A stretch of DNA of 63,659 bases, the filler included, from Trichomonas gallinae (Eukaryota), in NCBI GenBank assembly GCA_008369845.1. It is 11 parts of 11 records of this genome, joined end to end, with 100 filler letters (N's around TTAATTAATTAA, not from the genome) between each part and the next. Parts side by side here need not be neighbours in the genome. Positions count along the whole stretch, not along the records: positions 17,318 to 38,418 come from MRSU01000635.1; 10 more parts are not named here. One strand, 5' to 3'. Position numbers and translations under genes: made by a program. This document shows positions 21,743 through 33,055 of the stretch, in pieces; position 1 is the first letter of the stretch; each line of letters begins with the position of its first letter. A model generated the notes under the pieces. The model searched no databases and had not been told where the DNA came from. It was given only the letters and a program-made list of their open reading frames with translations.

Positions 21743-23281
21743 TTAAACATCTTCATACACTGGAGCTTTGATTGAATTACCTTCAAACTCTTCAATATCG
21801 TTGTGCTCAAAAACATTACTCTTTGGCGGCTCTGAATTGAAGTCACTCTTGAATGGGTCTTCTTCTCCCTGCTTTGCGTAAAGCGGGTTATCAACAGTAA
21901 CTGTTGTAGCTGTTGGATTGTCAAAATCAACTGGATCTTCCTCTTGCATTTCGATGGATTCGTCATTTGTATTCTTCATTGCTTTGCAAACAACAATTCC
22001 AACGATAGCCGCAATCAAGGCTGCACCTCCAACTATCACACCAATGATCCAAATTGGGAACCCTGATGGATCCTTTGGATTTGGAGAATTGTTAAATTGT
22101 CCTCCTACTTTGTCACGACCATTTTGGGAATTATCATTTGTTATACCTATTCCTTTATCAGCTGTGTTTCCAGAGCCATTTGCTGATGTAGAATTTTCTT
22201 GATGTTCGGTTGATGAGGTAACTTCATTCTGATGAGTTATTATCGATATTTCCTCGACTGATGTTTGTGTTTGTATTGGAAGATCTTCTTCATGTTCTGC
22301 TGTTATGTTAATTTCATCTGGTTTTTGATCTTTAACGCAGGATGAACCTTCTTTATGATAACCTTCCATACAATCTTCGCATGTACCTCCGTTCTGGCAT
22401 TTTTGGCAGCCATTCATGCACTGCTTGCATTGATTGTTTTCAAGGTAAGAAGATTCTGGACATTGCTTAACACATTGATTGTTATTAAGCACATATTCTG
22501 GTCTGCAATTAATGCAATGATCTGGCTTGCCTTTAGAACAAACTAAGCAAGCCATGTTGCATACAGTGATGTTTTCAATTATTACGATTCCATCACCTGT
22601 ATGTTTAATTTGTGTTCCTTCTTTAGCATTGGCATTCTTAAGATAATCAAAATCAAACCATGATGATCCACCTGTACCACCTTGAAGGCAATTTGAGGAT
22701 TTTCTACCGGCAAATCCTCCAAAATAGCCACCTCCACCTCCTGCTCCTGCATCCCAAGAATCTGTATGGATTTCTGCACTTTTACCGGCAAAATCACTCG
22801 AAGATCCCTCGAAGTATCTTGCATCTGAAACACAGTGCTCATCATAAAATATTTGGTAGCTCAGACGATTGGTATAACCTCCAGCCGGGGATCCAGGTGA
22901 ATAATAACCTGCACCACCACCTCCTCCAGCAATGGCAATTAGTTTTCCATCGATTGAGATGGAAGAGTAACCACCTCCAGCTCCAGCATATTTACTGCCA
23001 CTGTTTCCTCCTTTACCATCTCCTTTTGCGTATTGGATCCCAGGGGAACGTACACACTGACTGTCTGGCTGACTTCCTGCAACTAAGTGGAGTGTTGAAT
23101 CTTTCATGAGCTCGAATTCGCCGGTAATTTCTGCTCCATAACCTCCGAAAATTTGAGTCTGTCCATCACAGCCAACTCCGCCTTGAGCGCCAGCAATTCT
23201 GAATGAATAAGTGCCTGGATTTAGAGGTAAATCGTATGAATATCCTTTGAGTTCATAGGACAGTAGTGTTAGAAGGAGCAT
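21743..23281 (-). CDS. surface protein: ALK/LTK-type glycine-rich domain + furin-like Cys-rich repeats + TM + acidic tail with NPLY
   Basis: PGTYSFRIAGAQGG...GGYGAEI...AGAGGGYS...AIAGGGGGA...GGGGGYFGG...GGTGGSSW...GDGIVII, then CxxC repeats, TM IWIIGVIVGGAALIAAIVGIVV and tail DNPLY...EEDPFKSDF. Confidence 0.88.
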   Translation of the reverse strand: MLLLTLLSYELKGYSYDLPLNPGTYSFRIAGAQGGVGCDGQTQIFGGYGAEITGEFELMKDSTLHLVAGSQPDSQCVRSPGIQYAKGDGKGGNSGSKYAGAGGGYSSISIDGKLIAIAGGGGGAGYYSPGSPAGGYTNRLSYQIFYDEHCVSDARYFEGSSSDFAGKSAEIHTDSWDAGAGGGGGYFGGFAGRKSSNCLQGGTGGSSWFDFDYLKNANAKEGTQIKHTGDGIVIIENITVCNMACLVCSKGKPDHCINCRPEYVLNNNQCVKQCPESSYLENNQCKQCMNGCQKCQNGGTCEDCMEGYHKEGSSCVKDQKPDEINITAEHEEDLPIQTQTSVEEISIITHQNEVTSSTEHQENSTSANGSGNTADKGIGITNDNSQNGRDKVGGQFNNSPNPKDPSGFPIWIIGVIVGGAALIAAIVGIVVCKAMKNTNDESIEMQEEDPVDFDNPTATTVTVDNPLYAKQGEEDPFKSDFNSEPPKSNVFEHNDIEEFEGNSIKAPVYEDV

Positions 23282-23941
23282 TTATAATTTTAATATAAAT
23301 TTCATGGAAATTTACAAAACTCTCTATTCACTATAATATATAATAATATAATAAAATAAAATGATATTGATTTTTAATTCAAATATTTTTGAACGTGATC
23401 ACTGAAAATTATTATGCGATAAAATTATTAGGAAAATGCAACATGACAATATTATTATTTATGTTTAAACGATAAAAATAATTGTCTCAATATTTCAATA
23501 GCATTTAATTCAAATTCAATGCAATTTTAAAATAATTTTTTGAAGCTGAAATACAATAATCAATCACCAATTGAAGATAAATGAAGAATAATGGTCTATA
23601 CTTTTCATATAAACCGCTAAAAATAAATATTTAAACATCATTAGATATATGACAAAGATACATTTTATCACGAAGTACTTCTACATATCAGAAGTTTTCT
23701 CTCAATTTTTATTTTTGAAAGAATTATTTCAAGAATTTGAAGTTCTAAATTTAGTCGATTTTTAATCTGTTGATGATACTTCAATACATGTAAATATTTT
23801 TAATGATTTCCATGTTTTTTATTAATTTTGTGTTCTCAAGAAATATAGACATAAAAAAACAATCACACCAAGCAATGAATGATATAGTTCAATAGATTAT
23901 CTAATATAATCCAAAAAATTACGAAATGTTATCGAAATCAA

Positions 23942-24015
23942 TGGGGTTTATAGTCATCACCGTTTTTATTGGAATCACCATGACTTTATTCGAATAAAGT
24001 GAATATGGAATAATG
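23942..24015 (+). repeat. dispersed repeat (probable transposon end), reverse-complement copy at 56662-56735
   Basis: TGGGGTTTATAGTCATCACCG...GGAATAATG matches the reverse complement of 56662-56735 with 2 mismatches. Contains internal TTGGAAT-like subrepeats. Confidence 0.8.
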
Positions 24016-24777
24016 CTATAATTTGGAATTATGTCGAATTCGTCCAAAAAAGTGACAATATGCGCTTATCCAAATTATTTGGAATTACCAATATTTGATA
24101 ATGTGTCATTTTGATTGTTGTGTAAATAGGGCGAAGACGATGATGACGCCGTGGCGTCGGCGAAGGCTCGATTTTTTTTTTTTTTTTTTTTTTTTTGAAC
24201 TGACAATTTGGAAATTTTGTTCCAATATAGAAACATTAGAGCTTCCTATTCTAGATTCTAAAATTTTACAATTAAATTTTCAAAATACAGAGACTTCGAA
24301 AACCGAGTGGAAACTTGTCAAGTAATTTCAAAATACATGGCATATTTTTGATATACATTGATATTGCTTGTATAAATGCAATTTAGCTCAAAAATTGATA
24401 TCAATAAATATTATATGTATTTCATTAATTCATATTCCAAATCTGTATTCCGAAATGTCAAGATTTGATTTTGACTGAAATATGCATATGATGATAGTGA
24501 GAATTACATTAATGGATCGATATAATTATTTTGGATATATATTCTAACCTAATCATGACGAAATCTTCAGAGGATGATGTCCTAAGTCCGCCAAAACTAA
24601 AGTACACCTGTTTCTGATATTTACATAACCTAAAACCCACCTTTTAACGATGATTTTTCATTCAATTTTAAATTTTAACAAAATTATTATATAATAAAAT
24701 TAAATAACAAAAATTGTTTTCACGCCCGTAAAATTTGAGTTAAAAATAATCGTTAAAATTTTAATTTTGACAAAAAA

Positions 24778-26565
24778 ATGTTTTATATCATTTCTTTCCT
24801 ATTCATTGGCCCTCGTGGTTGTTCGCACGATGAATTACAGAGTAAATCGAAGGTATTTTATGATAATATTACAAATCTGGAAGAAGAACCAGTTCGTTGG
24901 GATAATATCCGTTTAAGCTTCGACGTTTCTAACATTTTAAACATTGATAAAGATCCACATGCATGCAAGTATGTCGGTCAGCAAGTTGATTATAACGGTA
25001 ATTCTTATAAATGCAGTCAAGAACAAATTTTACAAAAAGGAATGAGAGAATCCATTGTACAAAATATCAATTCGATGAAAGATTACTACAAAAATCTATT
25101 TAAAGTCATTCCTTTTAATCATCCTATACATTTAACAACACCAAATCAAACTTCGTACGATATATCAGGAACAATTAACGAAGCTGACCTGCATGTGACT
25201 TTTTATCTACGCCCTATGCCAATTGCCTCTGCAGGTGCATCAATTGTCGTTCAACTTGAAAATAAATACAAAAGACCTATTCAAGGAATCATTATTCTCG
25301 ATCCATTTGTAATTTTTCACACCGATAATTTTCGATTACAGCGACATTTCTTTAATACAATCACTCACGAACTAATACATATTTTAGGAATCAATCAAAT
25401 TTCTTTTTCCAACCATCATCCAATCGAAAATCCTACTATATACCAGCATGATGACATTTTCTGCTCGTATACGACCGAAACAGGCAAGAAAATTAATTTA
25501 ATTACATCGCCATATTCGCAAATATTCGCAAAGAAGTTTTATGGTGTTGATAAATACGTGGGAATAGACAATGCATGTCCACCTGGAATAGAATTACATT
25601 ATGAAGATAACGAATCAGATATAACATCGCATCCTGCAGGAAGACTAGCCTTTGGCGACGTAATGACCTCAACAAATATTGAAAATATCGGTAATTTCAC
25701 CAGATTCACAGAAATATCAATGGCTCTCCTAATGGATACTGGTAATTATAAAATTAATTGGAGCATGTGTCAGCCATTAGTATGGGGAAATCCAGAATCT
25801 ATCAATGGTAAGCCTATCAAAGGATTTTCCAATAGTCCACCTGACTTGGTTTTTCCAAAATATTATCTATATGAAGATACTCAAGTTGGTTTTGACTTCA
25901 AAATGGTTGGCGTTCCATTATTATCTGATGAATATAATTGTACAAACATTACTAATAAATATTGCAGAGCGAAAAGCTTTCATAATCCGCTCAACTCATC
26001 TCAGATTGATATATCACCATACTTCGACTTTCTCAAAATTAAATATCCATTACAAGTATGTCCTAATCATACTGCAGTTGTCCCAGGCCAGCCAGCTATT
26101 TGTGCTCCCTACGAATGCGACGGATTCAAGGAATTCATATTCTATTATGATAAAAAGAATAAAAAGAACGAGATTGTTGGCACCGCTATAACATGCAACA
26201 AAAAAAATATAGGTCAAAACATCACTGAAACAATATACAATAGAATGCTAGGAATAGAAATGGATATAGTAGTTACTTGTGTTGACCCAGAAAGATTCTG
26301 CAGGAGCGTCGCCCTGCAAGAAATGATGTTCAGGAATGATCCATTTGATCCTAAATCTACACAACTTGTAGAAGTCTTCAAGAAGAAATACTTAACAAAA
26401 CTCCAATTCTATTCTATAATAATTGGTTTTGGGTTATTCTTTTTAATCGTTACATTTATTTTTGGTTACTTCATCCTCTTTAAGATGCCTGCAGACCGAC
26501 ATAAATCTATGCCGCAAATCACAGAAGCTCTTGCTGACTCAGAACTTCAACATGAAGATCTTTAA
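24778..26565 (+). CDS. GP63/leishmanolysin-like (M8) zinc metallopeptidase, paralog of 17787-19583
   Basis: GCSHD, HELIH, TSHPAGR, DVM and ALLMDTGNY motifs, long identical blocks with the paralog (e.g. SQIFAKKFYGVDKYVG, QPLVWGNPESI) and a C-terminal TM. Confidence 0.95.
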   Translation: MFYIISFLFIGPRGCSHDELQSKSKVFYDNITNLEEEPVRWDNIRLSFDVSNILNIDKDPHACKYVGQQVDYNGNSYKCSQEQILQKGMRESIVQNINSMKDYYKNLFKVIPFNHPIHLTTPNQTSYDISGTINEADLHVTFYLRPMPIASAGASIVVQLENKYKRPIQGIIILDPFVIFHTDNFRLQRHFFNTITHELIHILGINQISFSNHHPIENPTIYQHDDIFCSYTTETGKKINLITSPYSQIFAKKFYGVDKYVGIDNACPPGIELHYEDNESDITSHPAGRLAFGDVMTSTNIENIGNFTRFTEISMALLMDTGNYKINWSMCQPLVWGNPESINGKPIKGFSNSPPDLVFPKYYLYEDTQVGFDFKMVGVPLLSDEYNCTNITNKYCRAKSFHNPLNSSQIDISPYFDFLKIKYPLQVCPNHTAVVPGQPAICAPYECDGFKEFIFYYDKKNKKNEIVGTAITCNKKNIGQNITETIYNRMLGIEMDIVVTCVDPERFCRSVALQEMMFRNDPFDPKSTQLVEVFKKKYLTKLQFYSIIIGFGLFFLIVTFIFGYFILFKMPADRHKSMPQITEALADSELQHEDL

Positions 26566-27113
26566 TTTGTAATTTTGTTTATTATAAACATCTATCATTA
26601 TAAATACATCAATACATAGAGATTCTAAGTTATTTCCATGGAAAACAAATAAGTTTATTATTTTAAAATCTTATTTTTTTTTTAGAAAAATGCAGATTAT
26701 AACTCTATAATTCAAAAAGAGTTATTCATTGTCTATGATTTATCGTGTATTTCTAATATTTAAATTATACATACCTTACCAAGCAGTTTTAAAATTTCCG
26801 CAGAACGGATTATATGTAAAAAGATTTTCGGCAAATTGGAAGCAGAAGCAAAATATAACTATTCATTTTAGTTATAAGACTTTTATTTAATTTTTGAACA
26901 TATTTTTTAGAGGAAAACTATTTTATTTATAAATATGATTTATAAAGATTAAGTTATAATTAACAATAATGAATTATTTAATACTTTCCATCTATATTTA
27001 GATTGAAAGGATAAATTCAATGATATTTTTCGGTTTAAATCAGATACTTCAGAATTGTAAATTTTCCAACAAAATTATAAAAATGCAAGAATCGCTTCGA
27101 ATAACTTGTTTTT

Positions 27114-28088
27114 GTGCTGCAATATTTATTACTACATGAATATGATGCTGTCTGGGACCGATTTGTTGGCTCAAATATTATCCCTTCTGTTAAAAATGAG
27201 GCCAAATATTTAACTGATTCAGGAGATATCTATGTTCTGAATGTTAATTTTTATGATTTAAAGCCGAATGGAGCTATTAGAATTACGAACACTGATGATA
27301 AGAGTTTTTTAACAAGTGATTCGTTTTTTTGTGACTCACAATCATCACAACAAGGAGGATCGATATATGTAAATAATGGTAAATGTATTCAGTACCATGT
27401 TTGCAGTATTAACTCTTCTCAGTTTTCGAAGTCTGGTTGCCATTCATATGTCACAACAAATAAAGAAAATTTTGTGATAGAGAGTTCAATTTCTCAATGT
27501 AAAGGGTATGAGAGTGCATTATATATAGTTAATGGAAATCAGATTATTGATTCTACAAATATCTCACATTCAGAATGTAAATGGAATGCTGCATGTGTTT
27601 GTAATGGAAGTCCCACATCTCACATGATAAACTTTACATCCATATTCAATAACTCAGCAACAATGCAGTGTGTAATGTGGCATAATGGGAATTCGCATTA
27701 TATTTCTAATTGCAAAATTGTTAATAATAGTCTAAACAAAGACCAAAATGGCCTCATTAATAATTATGGCAGCGATCTTACAGTGAGTGATAGCATTTTT
27801 TCATTAAATTTTGGGCCTTCTTTGTTCTGCAATGTTGCCAATAAAAAATTTCTCGTTGATAAATGCTATATTGATAGCAACAATGATTTTGCTCGAACTG
27901 TATCTTATCCAGTCTTTTTAACGACAACAAACTATTTGGTTTTTAACCTTCGACATCTTTCAACTAAAAAATGTATTGCAGAATTTCCAATAAAAATAAA
28001 AAATAATCAGAATACAATTGTACAGATTCATGCTCCTTTTGGTATTATTTTTGTTTTTATTTATATTCCTTTTATTTCAGTATCATGA
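27114..28088 (+). CDS. trichomonad Pmp-like/right-handed beta-helix surface protein; lacks an ATG at its natural start (GTG), so possibly a pseudogene
   Basis: GAI.I, QGGSIYV, NISHSEC and Asn/Ser/Cys-rich beta-helix pattern with a hydrophobic C-terminus. In-frame TAA at 27102; first in-frame ATG only at 27624. Confidence 0.6.
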   Translation: MLQYLLLHEYDAVWDRFVGSNIIPSVKNEAKYLTDSGDIYVLNVNFYDLKPNGAIRITNTDDKSFLTSDSFFCDSQSSQQGGSIYVNNGKCIQYHVCSINSSQFSKSGCHSYVTTNKENFVIESSISQCKGYESALYIVNGNQIIDSTNISHSECKWNAACVCNGSPTSHMINFTSIFNNSATMQCVMWHNGNSHYISNCKIVNNSLNKDQNGLINNYGSDLTVSDSIFSLNFGPSLFCNVANKKFLVDKCYIDSNNDFARTVSYPVFLTTTNYLVFNLRHLSTKKCIAEFPIKIKNNQNTIVQIHAPFGIIFVFIYIPFISVS

Positions 28089-28219
28089 ATAGAGAAAAAA
28101 ATATTTATACTTGCAAAATTTTATTTGACAAGTAAATTATAATTTTGTTTGTAAATTATCTAAATTTGTCGTTTTATGAAAATTTTGTCATGTAAATCAA
28201 AATTTATAAACGGTTTTCA

Positions 28220-31200
28220 ATGCAACATCAAGATCATGATAATTCTATCAGATTTGGTCTTGATAAATTATATGAATTCCACTACCAAGGTAAGAAAGTC
28301 TTCTCATTCTGCAAAATAAGCAGATATGATTACCTCATTGCCACAGAAAAAGGGATAGATTTGATTCATAATGGCAACATTATTGAAACTATTCCAATTT
28401 TTGTTACATACATCAAATATATACAGGAACTAGAAATCATTATCGCTATTTCAACCGGCATTCCCTATATAGTTTTCATATCAAATCGAAGAAAGCATCA
28501 ACCATCACCAGTAAAATTCAGATTAACTATATCCATCGTAAAGAACATCGAATACTGTAATGATACAAATATGCTAATAGTCAGCGGATCTGGAATAGAA
28601 GGAATATTCCTGAAATCAATTTACAAAATGCAAGCAGAAATTCCTACAATAACTGTTGAAACGCGCTTTATTATTAATAATCCATTACTTGGTTCCCATG
28701 TTTTCGTTGACCACAAAAAGCAGCGTTTTATGGCAATGACGAATAACGGATACAAACTTTACAATTTTCGAGGTGACATGATAAAAGATTTTTATTTAAC
28801 AGGAACAACAATTAAATCATCATCAGTTATTTTTTACGAAAAAGCACGCCGAAACGTTCCAGAACAGAATGAAGTAATCATTGATGCTTACAAAAGGCTT
28901 TTAACTACCGATTTAGAAGGAAATACTTTGCTATTTCATTCATCAGGAAAATTGTTGAAATCGTTTTTAATCGCCAATAGACAAATCGATTTTACTCAAT
29001 TTATTAACTCCGAATTTGTTGTTTGTGTATTTGGTCAGCAAGTGCAGATTCTTGATGTTAAAACAGAGCTTAGTTTATTTTGTATAGAATTCGATTATAC
29101 GCCGACTCAAATTGTTTATTTTGACGGACCAACAATAGGATTCTTGGTTGATGGAAGCATTCAAATATTTGAAATTATTATGCCATGGGAACTATTCCAG
29201 AGAGATTCTTCTCAATCTATATCTATGAAAAGATGCAACAGTTATGATGATTCAGTGCCAGGAAGAATTGTAAAGCTTTCTGAATCAGGAATTGTTTCTT
29301 TAGTTTCACCAGCGAATGGCTATTTATTGGGAAGCTGTACGAGCAAGCAAGCACAAGTTGTTAGGTCTGTTCTATACGACAGAGGTTGTATTTATTGTAA
29401 TGGAATCATGGAATATATTGCAGCTAATGACAGAATATTTATTATTCTTGAAAATGGTTTTGTTGATTTATTTTGCATTGTTGAAAATAATTTTGTCCAT
29501 ATTGATACTTTGAGGTGGACCGCATCTAAAATAATGTTATGCAAGTTTGATATGAACAAGAAATATGGATTTGCAGTATTCAACAAGCATAATGATTTAG
29601 TTGCATACAATTATCATGATTTTTCATTAATAACAAGAAAAAAGTTTGATTACAGAAAATTTTTGAATGCTTTTTATAATTCAAATGATAATTTGATTTG
29701 CGCGATATATAATGATACTCTTGTTGTTTATTCCACTTACGAAATGAAAGTCACTGGTGAATATCATATTGCTAAGCCTTTAATTGCCGCCATGGAAAAC
29801 TCTAAATTAGTTTTGGTTAATCAAAATCATACAATATCATTTTATGAAATTACTAAAGAAAAAATTTTCGAGCGAGCTAAAATGAATATGAGTGAGGAAG
29901 TAACTTCTATTTCTATTGACTACGGAATTTTTATTTTGATAACTAGAAGCAACACAGTATGGATAGGTAATGAACATTCTGAATTAACAAAGATATTCAT
30001 TCCTTTCAATGTTCATTGCGCTTGTGTTTGCAACAGGAACTTGGACTTATTAGTTTGCATCGATAGGAACATTATGAAAGTCAATCACGATAAATATAAA
30101 TGGATTCAAACTGACTTAAAATTACCAGAAGAAAACGATTCACTAGAAAACGAATCTTTGCTGAATGATGTAATTGTTTTCAACAACGCTTTTGATTATT
30201 ATATCACTGAACCACATTCGTCATCAAGGAGATCTTCGAGAAGATATCAGAGATTGCAAAGTGCAATTGATGAATACAAGAAAAGTCATAGATTGACTAA
30301 TGTGGAAGAAGAGGAAGAAGAAGAAAATAATGCAAAGCAAGACCCAAGAAAATCACAGAAAAATCTTATTAATAGAGATGCTGTTCTCAAGGAAATGTAT
30401 ATGATTGAAGCATCTTTCGTTTATAATCCTGAACTGATAAAAAAAATCGATGCAATGAGACAAGAAAAAGAAGTTGAAGAAAAACCAGTCGAAGAAGAAA
30501 AGCTTCCTGAAAAAGTCGAAGAAAAGAATGAAGAAGAGGAACAAAAGTTTGAAGTGCTCAAAGAAATATCAGTGAAAAAGCCAAAACTTTCAAAGAAAAA
30601 GCATAAAAAGAAGAAACATAAAAAAGAAAAGGTTGAAGAAAAACAAGAACAACCTAAAAAAGTTTGTTCTGTTCTTGGAAATACCGCAGTTACGCGCAGA
30701 CAGAGATCTCAATCTCAAAGTTTAATAGATAGGGCATCAATCTCAATTGAGCCAATCATTCAACAGATGATGCGCAATAAGCCACAGCCTCCAATTCCAA
30801 GGCCGCCAAATCATCCAAAAATAACGCCACAAAGCGAAGGCTTGGTTTCCTCTGAAGGTTATCTTAGCGAAGAATTAAGTGAATTCGATTCAAAGGAAAA
30901 TGCAGCATTCGTAGTAAGAAACAATAAAGGTGAAATTGTCCAGAAAATTGATGTACTAAATCAGCAGCAAAAAGCAAGACAAAGATTTGAAAAACGTGCT
31001 TATTCAGTCAGGACAATTGGAAGAGTTAATCCAATTGTCAAAACCAAAATCATAAACATTCCTCCAAACAAATCAACAGAACAAGCCGAGTCAGCAGAGC
31101 AAAGTGAAATCAAAGAAAATTTTGGTCCAATTTCTCTTATGAGTGATTCCAAGAATCAAGATGATCAATCATCATTTTCAAGTATTTCAAATGAAAATGC

Positions 31201-32410
31201 AGTTAATCAATTTGCTGAAGAAAAGAAATTAATGAAAAATGAAAATAGAATTAAAAACATAGAAAATCTTGATATTGATAATGATTATAACTCACATGTT
31301 ACTTCATTTAACGATTATTCGATTAGTGATATTCAAGAAATGGCAAAAGAACAATCGAATATTTCGGCAAAAGAATTAATTGATTTCGCTGATAATCAAG
31401 AAGGAAAAATTATAGTGAAAGAGCCTGACACACTAAAATCTAATCCAAGGAAGAAATCAAACTCTGAACAAACCAAGCCAAACAATATTTTAACTTCCAA
31501 TGTTAAACAAAAGTCTTCGAGTGAAACTAAAAATTATTTAGTCCAAGACTATGAACCTCAAATTAAACCAAGTCAGAAAAGAAAAGAATTAATCAAGCAG
31601 GCAATTGATGACAACAGGAGGCTGAATAACTCAGTGAATAGTGATTATTCAATATCATCCGAAAGCATAAAATCACAGCACTCAAATGAAAAACTAAAAA
31701 ATGAGAAACTTTATATTGATTTTATCCCTCAGATTCCAGAAAGAGGAAGAATAATACCAATGATTCTTGAATCGACTGATGTTGAACGAAGGAAGCCAAA
31801 TCCAAGAACCGATATGTCTGTGAGAGTTACAAAGAGAAAACCAAAAATCGACACCCAAAAATCTAAAAGATTCAAAGAACAAAAAATCTCGAATGCAGAA
31901 GAAATCAAAGAAATTGTCAATAAATTTTTGAGCGAAACAAAAACTTCTGCATCAGATTTGAGCATTGAGAGCATTGAACAAATATTCAGTAGAAGTGGCC
32001 GTAAATTGCTCATTACCCGAGAAGACTTAAAGAAGCTGCTCGAAAACATGTCAATGATAAATATTAACTACGGAGCATTGAAAAAGCCAAGAGCATCTAA
32101 ATTGACAATTGTTCCACAAAAGATGAAATTTCCACAGACTCTTTCACTGCCTAAATTGAAGAATGGAGACAAATCAGATGTTTTAGTTGAGTCTGATTCT
32201 CTCTCTGAATCAGACTCAGATGAAGATATAAATAAATGTTTGAACGACAGTTTTTCATCAACAGATCTCAACGGTCCCCCTGTTCAAGACCCTGAAGACT
32301 TTGTCATTCCAGCAAGTAAAGCAAAGCAGATCGAAACAGTTCATATCCAAATTGACGACGAGCAACTCAACATTGATGGCAGCAAGAGAAAGAAACCTGA
32401 TTATATATGA
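28220..32410 (+). CDS. large hypothetical protein (1396 aa): beta-strand-rich, probably WD40-like N-terminal ~630 aa plus charged/low-complexity C-terminus
   Basis: Long ORF with an alternating beta-strand pattern, followed by E/K/S-rich segments and a basic NLS-like stretch (KKKHKKKKHKK). Confidence 0.8.
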   Translation: MQHQDHDNSIRFGLDKLYEFHYQGKKVFSFCKISRYDYLIATEKGIDLIHNGNIIETIPIFVTYIKYIQELEIIIAISTGIPYIVFISNRRKHQPSPVKFRLTISIVKNIEYCNDTNMLIVSGSGIEGIFLKSIYKMQAEIPTITVETRFIINNPLLGSHVFVDHKKQRFMAMTNNGYKLYNFRGDMIKDFYLTGTTIKSSSVIFYEKARRNVPEQNEVIIDAYKRLLTTDLEGNTLLFHSSGKLLKSFLIANRQIDFTQFINSEFVVCVFGQQVQILDVKTELSLFCIEFDYTPTQIVYFDGPTIGFLVDGSIQIFEIIMPWELFQRDSSQSISMKRCNSYDDSVPGRIVKLSESGIVSLVSPANGYLLGSCTSKQAQVVRSVLYDRGCIYCNGIMEYIAANDRIFIILENGFVDLFCIVENNFVHIDTLRWTASKIMLCKFDMNKKYGFAVFNKHNDLVAYNYHDFSLITRKKFDYRKFLNAFYNSNDNLICAIYNDTLVVYSTYEMKVTGEYHIAKPLIAAMENSKLVLVNQNHTISFYEITKEKIFERAKMNMSEEVTSISIDYGIFILITRSNTVWIGNEHSELTKIFIPFNVHCACVCNRNLDLLVCIDRNIMKVNHDKYKWIQTDLKLPEENDSLENESLLNDVIVFNNAFDYYITEPHSSSRRSSRRYQRLQSAIDEYKKSHRLTNVEEEEEEENNAKQDPRKSQKNLINRDAVLKEMYMIEASFVYNPELIKKIDAMRQEKEVEEKPVEEEKLPEKVEEKNEEEEQKFEVLKEISVKKPKLSKKKHKKKKHKKEKVEEKQEQPKKVCSVLGNTAVTRRQRSQSQSLIDRASISIEPIIQQMMRNKPQPPIPRPPNHPKITPQSEGLVSSEGYLSEELSEFDSKENAAFVVRNNKGEIVQKIDVLNQQQKARQRFEKRAYSVRTIGRVNPIVKTKIINIPPNKSTEQAESAEQSEIKENFGPISLMSDSKNQDDQSSFSSISNENAVNQFAEEKKLMKNENRIKNIENLDIDNDYNSHVTSFNDYSISDIQEMAKEQSNISAKELIDFADNQEGKIIVKEPDTLKSNPRKKSNSEQTKPNNILTSNVKQKSSSETKNYLVQDYEPQIKPSQKRKELIKQAIDDNRRLNNSVNSDYSISSESIKSQHSNEKLKNEKLYIDFIPQIPERGRIIPMILESTDVERRKPNPRTDMSVRVTKRKPKIDTQKSKRFKEQKISNAEEIKEIVNKFLSETKTSASDLSIESIEQIFSRSGRKLLITREDLKKLLENMSMININYGALKKPRASKLTIVPQKMKFPQTLSLPKLKNGDKSDVLVESDSLSESDSDEDINKCLNDSFSSTDLNGPPVQDPEDFVIPASKAKQIETVHIQIDDEQLNIDGSKRKKPDYI

Positions 32411-33055
32411 TTGTTATATTATTTTTTATTCTGTTTGTTTATTATATAAATATGTATTATTTAATAGCATTTTTAGTTTACTATGAATCAGATAATCTGA
32501 ATTCATCACCTTTATTCAAATTTTCGATTGTCTAGACTTTGCGTTATTTTAAACAATAAACATATATAATATTCATATGTATTGTTTCAACATTAAATAA
32601 CGGACTTTTATTAACTTTTTCGAAATTATTTTTGAAAAATTTGATGAATTTTTTGTATTTTAAAAATTTTATATCAGGAATTAGATATAATTCATTTGAA
32701 TTAAGCAAATGAAAATGTTGCTGCGTTCATATTCATTCTTTTTCTTCTTTAATTTTTTCATTCCAATGATATGATTATTGTATAACTTTGTGTTCAAGAA
32801 GATTAATTATTTTACTTGAATATAGTTTTATTTTCCATAATAGCTTCATATATTATCGCATATTTTATAATTTGAAATATGAAAAATTGCATATTTTAAG
32901 TTTCCCTTTATTGGACTGATATTTTAAGATGATATTAATGATAAATATTTATGCCAGAATCGTGAATCTTGACTACAGTCGAATAAGGTTAAAATGTTTT
33001 CAAAAAATTGAATGTTGTCAGATTTGTTGTCAAATTTCGAAAAACTTAAGTTTTT

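Noticed and set aside
26551..26565. C-terminal HEDL of GP63 copy 2 as an ER-retention signal
   Set aside because: It follows the TM helix and would be cytosolic; HDEL/KDEL signals act in the lumen.
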